From NCBI GenBank assembly GCA_030141605.1, contig JAQGDQ010000187.1, positions 62,001-126,000 on the forward strand: 64,000 bases of DNA. Reading direction: 5' to 3'. This DNA comes from Tubiluchus corallicola. Lineage: Eukaryota > Animalia > Priapulida. A program made the position numbers and the translations under genes. Below are positions 15,201-25,219 of the stretch, piece by piece (position 1 is the first letter of the stretch; the number at the start of each line of letters is the position of its first letter). The notes under the pieces were generated by a model. It was not told the origin of the DNA. It made no database searches and saw only the letters and a list, made by a program, of their open reading frames with translations.

Positions 15201-18200
15201 CAATTTCATTTTTAAAACTGAACAGCAAATGCAACATTTAGGTTGGATTATATGAAGACATAGCAGATGGCTTGAAACATGCTTCTGTGGTTATTGCTTG
15301 CATTTCTGATGAGGTAATTATGTCGGTTTTTGCAGTTAAGTTAAGTTGATATATATTTGCTAGTGTTGAAGCCACGCTTTATTGCTGTTATTTTCAACTT
15401 TTCTAAAAACTTGTGTGCATTGGCTTATACGATGATGATGGGTTGCAAAGCTAAGCAACGGCAAGCCTGGCTAGCAAATGGATGGGTGGCTATAGGAAAA
15501 CTGTTTCTAAGTTGTAAGCAATTTCATCTGCTATACAGGTTTGGTGACCTTTCTCATTGGTGGAAATTGCATACACCTGAGCATAGCATTGGGCTTGTCT
15601 CCCACTTTGGTATATTATCTAAAAGGATCATCTGGTGGTAATGAGCTAGATTCTGATCTTACCACAACTGTCGATATTAGCAAGCCCTGCACTTAGTACT
15701 GTGTACTGAAAATGCTTATAAAAAATTACTTAATTCATTGATTGTTACTTACAGTATGCGCAGTCCGGCATGTGTTTAAAAGAATTCAGGTTTACTAACG
15801 ATACGCTAAAACGCCCACTTATTATCGTTGTTGTTGGAACTGGCTCCAAGTGGGAACTCACTGAGGTATTAATAACATGTCATTTATTATTTATAAAGTG
15901 TAGAGTTTAAATTTTCATTTATGTCACTTTCCTGTCAAATGCAAACTTTTCCGTCTTTGTGTTTATATCAGATTGTTTTTTTATAGATTGGATTGCTTAG
16001 CCTTGGGATTCCAAAGATCGACTTTCGATATGAAAATGATATAGGAAAGCATACCTTGCTGAAACTTGTTAAAGAAAAGATACCAGCAGAAAAACATGAA
16101 GATAATACTACAGGCGAGTCAGGCCACAGTGAACACAGTAATTTGCAAAGTGCTTTCCAGGTAGCTGTATTGCTTGCATTTTCCTAAAATATAATGTTAT
16201 TTATCCTTTTTGAGGTAAACTGATGTGTCTGTCCTTAATTTTAGGAACTATATGAGCTAGCTCAGCGAAAGTTGCTACGTGAACTTACAACTTATGTAGA
16301 CAGTTCCGGTTACCTGAGCTTTCCTCGCCTTCTTATAGCAGATTTGTCTTCAGACATTCCTGGACGAACAACTGCATCTTCTACTGCTGATGCCAGAGAG
16401 TTATCATTTGAACAACGAGAGATCAACGCCAATGAAAAATCAGAAATCAAGTTACAGAGAAATGAGAAAATTGTTCTTGCTTTTAATGAGAAGACCTCGG
16501 AAGCCATTCCGGAAGGAGGTAAACCTAACAAGGAAGGCAAAGGTAAAGAAATGCAGGATGCGAGTATGTATGACATGGACACTACTAATGCAGAAAGCAA
16601 GTTGAAAAGCACAAAATCCAAGAAAAGCCGTGAACAAATGGCTACTAAATTGACAACAAACTGGGATGAAGAAAAAGTTGCTGAAAACAAAAATGAAATA
16701 AAGGGTAAAAGTGAAAAAGTAAAGAAGACAAAGTCGCCCAGTGAAGATTTTTCCGCAGAAAATGAAAAAACCAAAGCTAAAGGTGAAAAGGGGAAGAAAA
16801 AGAAAGTTACAATCGAGCTGCCCGAAGAAGATCCTGCAGAAAATGAAGAAAAAGTGGTGAAACAAAAGAAGGGTAAAATGGCAAAGAAAAAAGTTAAGTC
16901 GCTAGAACAAGATGAAGGGGCTGACTTTGAAGAAGATGACTATCGTCATGCCATGTCATCTGTCTCCAGTAGACAAGTGACTAGCAGTGCCAAATCTGTT
17001 GTTGTTACAAAGACGGCTTATGTCTCAACACTGGCTTCTCTCCGACACTCGCAGTTACGTTTTAAGTTACTTTGTGAATACGAACAGGTAATTATAATCT
17101 GATCTAATTAATGAAGCAAAAATTACAGTTTAGTTTCCTTATACTGCTATTAAATACCATATGAAATACATATTGTTTTGCGTGACATGTTTCAGAAAAC
17201 AGCAGGTTACATTTGCATTGCAGCAATAAATCTTTAAGCCTAAAGAATAGTCATGATTAAACTGCTAAAGTTTTTATGTATTTATACTTAACCATTCAAC
17301 AATTTCTGACAAGTTTCCTTTTTTGTGGATCTAGGGGTGGCACTGCATTGATAATGGGATACAATTTCCTAAACTGAAAGGCTCAAAACTAGATGAAGCA
17401 CTGGACAGATGGGCTCCTTACCTTGCAAGAATTTTCTCTGTTTTAAAGTTTAGTGGAATAAATTTGAACGTTCTGACTAGTGAGGATGGGAAGAAATTTG
17501 TGAAATCAATGGAACAGGTTAGAGCTGTCACCCTCCGTCAATTATTAACTTTTTCGTTGCAGTTAGTTGAAGCTGTTCAGTTTACAAACTATTTGATATA
17601 GCTAAGTTAACCCTTATTTTGTTATCTTGATTTCCCTGTGACTTTGTGGTGTCATTTTTGTTGCACTGCAGCTTCTTTTGGTATTAGTGTCAATTTGACG
17701 AAATACAACAATTTACATTTATACACTCCTACTACACAAAATTATATATAGTTTCATTATTAGTACCACGCGACTTGTAGATACATAGGCCCTTCAATGC
17801 TCGAGAGAGTGTATTGCAAAATTCCTCTATTTGCAAAATTTGAAAATTGCTCTTGTAATTAGGCTGTTATAACAGAACTAATTTGAATTAGCAGTGCACC
17901 ATACAGGTGTCCCATATTTTAACAAGGTGGTTATAAATAGTTAACACAGCAGTTTATCTGTGAAAACAAAATGAAAATGTAAATTTTACTGAGCACTTTA
18001 CGTGTGGCAAATAAAACGGTGTTACAGCATGACAGATGATGAGGTAGAAATAATTTTCATTTGATGTCTTTTTGTGTCTTTATTATGTGCTGTCTCATTT
18101 TTGTAGCGCTGTGAGGGAAATGCAGAATTTAGTGATAACTATCTGAACATGAGACAGGCAGCAATAGCTGCAGATGAAGATTACACCAAGGGATCACTGA

Positions 18201-19556
18201 AAAGGTATAAAATTGCACAAAATTATTGCCTTACGTAGTGTACTGGTTGATACTACTTTTCTAGACTATCATAATTGCCTGCAAAACTGCTTAATTGATA
18301 GTAGGTACCCTTTCTTTTGGGACTTTGTAGGCTTCGCCTGTCATGCTAAACTCTGAAATCATTATCAAATTTAATTCTCTTAGCTGGCTGTTTACATGAT
18401 TTCCAAATAATGTATATTCAAACATTTTAAAGGAAAACAAGATGATTTTTCATATCATGTACGGTGAAAATAAAAAAAATTCCAAGCTTACCGCTGCCTA
18501 TTACACGATTTCACCTTGTGTGCCATGTCAGAACCGAAATGAGGTAAAGTGCATTTTTTGTGTGACGCATCTGACTAGCAAATGGTGAAATGCAGGTAAC
18601 AGCGAACAACTACGGCATGAACGTGAAATTAAACTTGTGTTTTAATCATTTCTTCACGCAAGTTACTCTTGAAAAAGTAACATTTTCTCTTTCAATATTT
18701 TATGACATTAGGTCATTTTGAGCTATGGTTTACCATTGGGTCCTCATTGCCTTTAATGTCTGGGTAATATTTTAAACTGTCCGTTCCAGGTGTGTAATGC
18801 AAAATGGAAAAGTGTCGTGGTTATGTGAAGAACATCAGAAGCTGAGTAGGGCAGTGCTTGAGGATGATCTTCTAATGCCAGTTGCTTCTGTTTGGCAAGA
18901 TACTCAAAATAAGGATGAAGGTATGATATTGTAAAGGTAGCTGAAATTCGTTTAAGAATTTTTTCGTAAATGATATGATCATAAATTAAATGAGGCATTA
19001 TGTCTAACATTTTGTAGGTGTAGATAACAAAAAGGTGCCAAAGAAGAGAGGTATTTTTGCTGGACGGCTCAATCAGAAGCAGACTTCAAAACGTGCACCT
19101 AAGAAAGTTCGCTCAAGTGACACTTCTGAACGTGATAATACGATTCCGCCAGTCCCTCGAGCTAGAGCTCGTGCAAAGCCCGCAGCTACCTCTTTGGAAC
19201 ATGAATCTGAAAATTACAAGCCTGAAATTAGTGAAGAGCCATCTTCAATGTCTGAGAGACCCACAAATGATAACACTGCTGCCATTGAACTAGAGGGATC
19301 TTCTGGTCAGGTTGATGGTGAAAAAGCAGTAGCCATTAACAGTGAGGTAAACATTCAAAAAGATGTTGTGGATAACGTCCAGTTAGGCAGTGGTCAGAAT
19401 CAAGAGCCCGAAGAGTTACTGCAAAGCACAATAGCAAGCAATGCAGAAGGTAACAAACATGGTGGATTTTCAAATACGCAAATTCCTCTCAGTGAAAGAC
19501 GTGCACCTGGGGCTGATAATACTAATACAAGATCAAAGTCTTGTTGTATTATGTGA
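242..19556 (+). CDS. ROCO-family protein, 5'-partial: LRR(+EF-hand)-Roc-COR-TIR-TIR-C-terminal module-CaaX
   Basis: Frame-consistent GT-AG exons: 242-376, 492-1196, 1993-2119, 2315-2506, 2633-2798, 4174-4348, 5551-5697, 6243-6332, 6669-6775, 7074-7155, 7277-7423, 8528-8692, 10154-10246, 10634-10734, 11032-11170, 11890-12007, 12163-12358, 12535-12598, 12981-13148, 13775-13864, 14034-14216, 15242-15313, 15755-15865, 15987-16160, 16245-17087, 17335-17517, 18107-18204, 18790-18920, 19018-19556 (5541 nt, no internal stop). LRRs LxxLDLSxN; pre-Roc PPxEIV; Roc motifs GLGGAGKTS, TDGIDI, WDFAGQ..YY.THQFFL, VGTHVD, VSS; COR motifs FLHDLG..I.P.WL and YLPAGLF.R; ends SKSCCIM*. Confidence 0.9.
640..2670 (+). 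other. LRR region of the ROCO protein (exons 492-1196 to 2633-2798)
   Basis: Repeated LxxLxLSxNxI/LxxLP units, e.g. RLNFSQNNIKELP, FVDFSNNNLETIP, SLDISDNPFHNIP, LVELDLSYLAIQAIP. Confidence 0.9.
1683..1915. repeat. Intronic tandem duplication, 2 x about 116 bp
   Basis: attaaaataaacttt...gttataagat occurs twice back-to-back, nearly identical. Confidence 0.9.
2755..6720 (+). other. Roc GTPase domain (exons 2633-2798 to 6669-6775)
   Basis: G1 GLGGAGKT|S, G2 TDGIDI, G3 WDFAGQ, G4 GTHVD, G5 VSS.NGKGI; all present in order. Confidence 0.93.
8778..9867. mobile_element. Degenerate hAT-like non-autonomous element in ROCO intron
   Basis: Right end ggcacatcccta; ATCGG/CCGAT-type subterminal motifs at both ends; flanking 8-mers aactctac (8770-8777) and aattctac (9868-9875). 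The left TIR is eroded. Confidence 0.5.
12250..13864 (+). other. First TIR domain (degenerate) of the ROCO protein
   Basis: DVFFIY...IVNDLHAAGIKC...ALKDSKFVVIGISNEFIENKDCCNLAAFA...KQISLVVFGSGFEW...YVDMR; aligns without gaps to the second TIR over the betaC-alphaC-betaD segment. Confidence 0.75.
14050..16085 (+). other. Second TIR domain (TIR_2/SARM1-like) of the ROCO protein
   Basis: CFISYCW...LKQFLEGNGIRCWIDVERVG..GLYEDIADGLKHASVVIACISDEYAQSGMCLKEFRF...RPLIIVVV...W...KIDF. Typical TIR motif order; the alphaC CxxE glutamate codon is at 15782-15784. Confidence 0.88.
14422..14727. mobile_element. Tc1/mariner (Tigger-like) MITE in ROCO intron
   Basis: Inverted termini caggtagtcgtcgac / gtcgacgactacatg; TA on the left flank (tg on the right). 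Confidence 0.7.
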
Positions 19557-20676
19557 TTAAATAATGTTTATTTCTACTGTGTGCTGTTTTATTATTTTCT
19601 TTACGATTATTTGTAATGTTTCTTTATGATGCTTACTAATAGGAAACTTAGTTACAAGCTGTAAATACACGAGACTTGATACATCTGTATTTAAAAACCT
19701 CACGTGGATGTGTGAACGTTCTGTATTTAGACATAATAATGGGATTTTCCTTATTTATGACTGATAATGCGTGTTAGAAGGTATGATAATCCTTATGTGC
19801 GATAAGCAGATTCTTTTGCAGATTTTTTTATCATTCACAAGTTTGTTGGTCTTTATGTACACTGTGTAAACTATAAACTGCAGGCCTGGATTTAAATGCC
19901 TACATTGGATCATTCTCATAATGTACCAAAGCAACCATTAGTTTAAAATAAATCAAGGCTGTTAAATATATCTTAGAAGATTTATATTACAGCAACCATT
20001 CCTTTTATATAACAAATCTATAACCATGATTAAAAACAACTAACTAATTTCTAGTTCTTGGTAAACAGAACAAGATCTTTAGTACAAGAACCATCAATTC
20101 TGTAAGGTGATAGAAAATCATTGACAAAAAAGACACCGATCAGTCCACAATTAGAAACTGCCATGAATATCAAATGTCAAAATGTCCACACTTTTGCCGG
20201 AAAATACCAAACATGGCTTCAAAATCAGGTTGCAGTCCCGCCTTTTGCAAAATTTACCCAAATGATGTTTCAGCAGTGTCGAGTTTATACAATTAATTAG
20301 TAAAGATGGTAATTGTACCTACATTTTGGAAGTTTCTTGCTACCATTAGTATATGATTGTTAAATTAAAATGCTCCTTTGACTCATAGAGTTACGGCTGA
20401 GCTATAATAGGTATGTGTCCTTCAAGGTCCATAATGAATAATAATCAAAAGAAGTCCAATTCTATAAATAAGGACAATCTCAAAATTGATGATAACATAC
20501 AATAAATATATGTTGTGAAGTTGTTAACACGTTTAATAAAATAAAAATAATAACAGTTATTATCAAAGATCATTTTCACTAGAATAACGTATTAAACTTC
20601 TACCAGCAATAAAAACAGGAGCGCTACAATAAACAGTTAACATTCCATCTTTCAAAATGTAAGATATTTGCCTGTT

Positions 20677-21075
20677 TTAATTTTTAGCACTGTCGACTGC
20701 TTGCGGACTTTGATCATCACTATATTTTTCAACATCACCAGTACTTGTGGTTGAACCTTGATAAAATGGACTTCCTGAGTTACTAGTCTGATCACTGTCA
20801 GTATCCATTCCAGTTTGTAGCTGACTCTCTATAATCTTTGCTTTAACATCTTCAGAGACGGCACCCCTGTCGATCATTTCGCATTGTTTTCTAACATTTT
20901 CAAGTTCATCTTTCAAAACCTTGACAGCTTTTCCTCGACTGGCAACCAGTTCCTCTAAGTATTGGTATCTGAGTTTTTTCCGAGCTCTGCATTCACGAGC
21001 ACTTTGCCTGCTGCGCTCTAATTTTGCCTTCTGGTCGATCTTGCTTGGTTTGCGGCCTCTTTTACCACTCATCAT
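20677..21075 (-). CDS. CREBL2: cAMP-responsive element-binding protein-like 2 (bZIP; REPTOR-BP-like)
   Basis: GKRGRKPSKIDQKAKLERSRQSARECRARKKLRYQYLEELV is the CREBL2 basic region. Single coding exon; the acceptor of a 5'UTR intron is at 21131-21132. Confidence 0.93.
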   Translation of the reverse strand: MMSGKRGRKPSKIDQKAKLERSRQSARECRARKKLRYQYLEELVASRGKAVKVLKDELENVRKQCEMIDRGAVSEDVKAKIIESQLQTGMDTDSDQTSNSGSPFYQGSTTSTGDVEKYSDDQSPQAVDSAKN

Positions 21076-21101
21076 ATAAAAAGGTAACTGAGCTTACTCA
21101 T
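21072..21101 (-). promoter_or_regulatory. 9-codon uORF (MSKLSYLFI*) overlapping the CREBL2 start
   Basis: ATG AGT AAG CTC AGT TAC CTT TTT ATA TGA within the spliced exon; the TGA overlaps the tandem ATGATG. Confidence 0.6.
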
Positions 21102-21489
21102 AGCCCAATTCAGGAAGAACGTTATCGCAGCTGAAAAAAAGAAAACTTTTGATGACATTTCCTGTTTTGAAGACTAAAGTCACTCTGGCAACTGCAGATT
21201 TTTCAATCATGGTAAAGTGTATCAATACCACGCCCATGTAATGGACAATATTAATGAATAATTATTATGGTTATTATATGGTTTAGAATTTATTTTAATA
21301 AGAGAAAAATAAAGAAGCTTAACATTTTTATCATTAAATCTGACTTTGCTGCATTTCTCATGACACTGTACAATCGCTTGGGACAGGTGATTCACGGCGG
21401 CTTTTCTAATATTTCTATCAGGCTCCTATATAACCACCTCATAAAGGAGCAAGCCAAAAAGAAACCTATATCCTGTCACGCTATTGTTC

Positions 21490-22300
21490 TTACACCTCTA
21501 CATGGAGCCCCATAATTTCTGTAAATTTTATCACTTGTCTGATCCAAGCATCGACCCTTATTAGTGTGCCAGTGTTTACTGAACATAGATCTTCTTTGTT
21601 CACTCCATGATTTCCAAACTCTTTTTTAGCTACTTCACATTTCAACAGATGTTCAGTCGTATCACACACCTTCACACACAGTGGACACATTAAATCATCC
21701 TAGCACTTATTTTTATAATTACACTTTAATTTGATCACGTTTAATTTCCATTCAATAATTTCATATACAGTTTTTCATCACAGCCCATCACATAATTTAT
21801 TGTTTGTTCCCAATTTCCCACACTATTTTTCATAAATCTCAGTTTTGTCATATCATCACACTTTTTCACAGCTCCTACTTCTAGATGCTTTTTTAATTTC
21901 TTTTTTCCACTGTGACTTCAATAAGCTTTGCATTCTTTCAGCATTTATATCTAAATAATACACACTAGCAATTTCTCTAATTTCTGTCCCCCAGCTTCTG
22001 GGAATGTTTTTGTCACATATACTCAACATCACCTTTTTAGCATCTCTTTTACTCTCAGATATCAGCACACATTGGCACCACATTAATTTTTTATATTGTA
22101 TTATTTGTCTCAATGGCCATACTTCCCAAGTCATCATTAGGCCCCAATAACTCGTAGACATTTTATGCTTCGTCATACATCTTAGGGTTTCTTTTTGCCA
22201 ACTTTCTATTTCTTCATAGTTAGTTTCTGTTAATTAACCCCACACCTCTATATTGAAAATTTAACTACGAATCATGGTTGTTTTGTTCAATAACCGTCTT
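21490..22300 (-). mobile_element. Degenerate non-LTR retrotransposon 3' ORF2 fragment in the CREBL2 5' region/intron
   Basis: Broken frames ending in a CCHC knuckle CPLCVKVCDTTEHLLKC, preceded by ...SQWKKEIKK.. and a KLRF-like segment. Confidence 0.7.
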
Positions 22301-22869
22301 ATTTTTATAAGGCAGCGGACATACTGCACCTGAAATGTTAAAACGACGAACAAAAACATTTTTTTGGAACGCAAAAATGGCGTTTAACACGTGGTTATCA
22401 ATAGTAACCAAAACACGCTACTATAGTCTATACCTAGCTTCAAATTTACTCACTTATCAAATGTACTAGTGCTACTGTACTACATGAAGTCTTGACCGTT
22501 TTGAAGTATGTTTCAGAAAAACCGAAACGTAATATGCAAATTATCACAACTGTTTTAAGACTTGTTATTATTAAGAGTTTAATAATAAAGTTCAAAAACA
22601 ACTAATATTAATGGCTCACCGCAAAAAGTTGTTTACTAACTGTAATGTGCTGTGTGTTAATCACGTGACCTAAAACAAAAAGTGAAAAGTGATACGGTAA
22701 AACGCATTTTTACGACGACCATCAGGCTTTGTTTTAAGTCTTGTCAATTATTTTGCAAAATTTTTGAACAAATTGTTAATGTTTTTACTGCAAAATAAAA
22801 TTAAGTAACACATACTATCCTTTCTCAGTGACAGTGCAGCAGCCTTTTATTAATAGTTAAAAAATCGTT

Positions 22870-22985
22870 CAAATTGAATTTAAATTTGATTTGGATTCGA
22901 AATCTCGAAATTTGGTCTGATTCGAGCTCGAATGTCGCAAATTCAATTAGAATTAAATACGATTCCTGGTGAAGAATACTCACCT
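22870..22985. repeat. TTCGA-rich dispersed repeat, copy 1 (reverse complement of 50585-50695)
   Basis: Visual alignment of the reverse complement: gagtattcttcaccaggaa...ttcgagctcgaatcagaccaaatttcgagatttcg versus gagcatcttctaccagaaa...tttgaactcgaatcaaactgaatttcgagatatcg. Confidence 0.7.
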
Positions 22986-24334
22986 TACCATACAGCCTTG
23001 AGCCTTTAAATAAATAAAAAATCACGAAAATTAGTAAAATTTTACAGACAAATAGTGCACTAGAGAAAAGCTAGGACAAGTGCAAATTCAATAAAAAAAA
23101 TTAAAATTTTATATATGGTACAACATTAAATGTGTATTAAAAACCCGTGTGAAATGTGAAAAAATGCGATTGTTAAAAGAAAACGAGTTTGAATTGCAAT
23201 TTTATCTAATATGAGTTAGTCCATATGAGAGCAAGCAATTAAATTTTAAATATAGAACAGTCTGCCTGTAATGGTTTAAACTCACAAAGATCTTAGTAAA
23301 GTTCAACTTTTTCATTGATAATTGCTTTGTGAATAAAGGTTCGAGATTCATTTAGGCAGTGATATTAATCATTCGTGACACTGAACACTAATATGTAACA
23401 GTGAACTACTGCTGCTTATTTTTAGTGCTTGAATTATATTGGTCAGTGGTTTAAGGGACAATTTTAAATGAAATAAGAAATTTTATGCCCACTGCTGCTA
23501 CTTTGGTAAATTTTGATTAAATGTTTTGCTCAACAACCATAACAGTTTATAATTTTTCTGATAATAACTGTAACATTTACACTTTATTATACAGGTCCCT
23601 GACAACCCTGAGGCCCATATCGTTAGGTTATTATCACTGAAATTACGCAGTGTCATGTTATTATACTATCATATGCCATTTATAATGATGGAATTATTTT
23701 TATGGTTTTTATAATTTTAGGATTTTTGCTTAGAGATTTTATGGTTTTTAGCTTTGTTGAAATTATTTGGGCAACAAATTATTCGAACCGAGGCTCCACC
23801 ACAACTGTTTTTCAACTTTAACAGCTTAATTTCACAGTATGCTTGCACGTTTGCTGACTTTGCTCCTGTGGTTGTGATTCCTGTCATTCATATGAATTAC
23901 TGTGAACGAATATGCAGAAATGTTAGTAGGCGTGTTTAATTAATTTTAGTAGGCATGTTTAGTTTCGTGAATAGTGATTTCTTTGACCTCGATTAGTTGG
24001 TTATTTATTGAATACTATATAATTGTTGGGAGTGGAGTAGGACAATTGGCGTACATGAGCTAGCCCTAGTAGTAGGACACTAGAGACAGTTCACGAATTG
24101 AGTCGTTCATTGTACTGGCAGCGTCCGTTGTCCTTGTTTATTTAATAATAATAATTGAAAACGTCAACACACGTTGAATAATTTATTATAGTTTTATACA
24201 TCTGATAAAATAAATGAATCGTATATTCGTAATTTTCGTATTCTGAACTGGTAAAGCGGCCAATATTAAATTTCGATTCGATATTAATCTTTTTGGAGTG
24301 AAATAAGCCCGTTTTTAGGCGGTTCCAACATTTG

Positions 24335-25058
24335 GGCGCTATTACACTTTCGCACCGCCTAGTTTTTTGTAGGTTATTACTCGTTTCTAGGCTCGTACGT
24401 CATTATTCTCACGTCATCAGTGAATGTTTCCGCTAATCTAATTGTAATTTAATCATATATTTAGGTATAATTACCAATAATTATGCTGTATTCACAGTTC
24501 TACACCTATACAGTTCGTATCGCCATCTTGTTTGTGTGTGTAGTCACGTGACAAATTTCATACTAGTTTATGCATTATCAGGGCCTAGCTTAAAAGCACG
24601 TGACACACTTTCATCTTCACCGCAATTACGAAATAAAGAAAAAACCTTTACTTTTTTTATAATCTAATAGTAATAATACTACAGTAATAAATAAAATTAA
24701 TGATAAACAACTGTTCCGTTCCAGGCCCACCCGCGATACGATACAAACTCCCGTAGCTGCAACCCTAATAATCATAAATTATGCGAAGAAACTAAAAACA
24801 CATGTTAAGAGCCACATCGTCACTGCGCGAGAGCGATTGCGCATTAGTCGTGTAAACACAGTTATTCACGTGGAGCTTTTTGCGTAATGGCGACGGTAAG
24901 TAATGTATGATTTTAATCTGGAATTATAAAGCCTAAAAACCAATCATATTATGGGAATATGGTGTATATTACGCCTGTTGGTCTGCTTTCTGGCCTGCAG
25001 GCGTGAAAACAACCAATAGGCCAGAAAAAGCTAGGCGGTGCGAAAGTGTAATAGCGCC
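24335..25058. mobile_element. Non-autonomous Mutator-like (MULE) element, 724 bp
   Basis: Perfect 28-bp TIRs ggcgctattacactttcgcaccgcctag and a perfect 9-bp TSD caacatttg (24326-24334 and 25059-25067). Confidence 0.88.
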
Positions 25059-25219
25059 CAACATTTGCTTAAAGTGTATCATTTTTTATTTTGTCTCGCT
25101 TCACAGACCTGTACTGTAGAATATCTGTTTCACTATCTCTTGGGTAAATAGTTTTGTACTAAGTAAACGGGCTAGCGAGCTATGTGTCCTACATGGTTTC
25201 TCTCTTTAAAACATTAGGT

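Noticed and set aside
16310-16865. Long minus-strand ORFs (154 and 137 aa)
   Set aside because: Antisense shadows of the purine-rich K/E exon of the ROCO gene; F/S/L-rich with no motifs.
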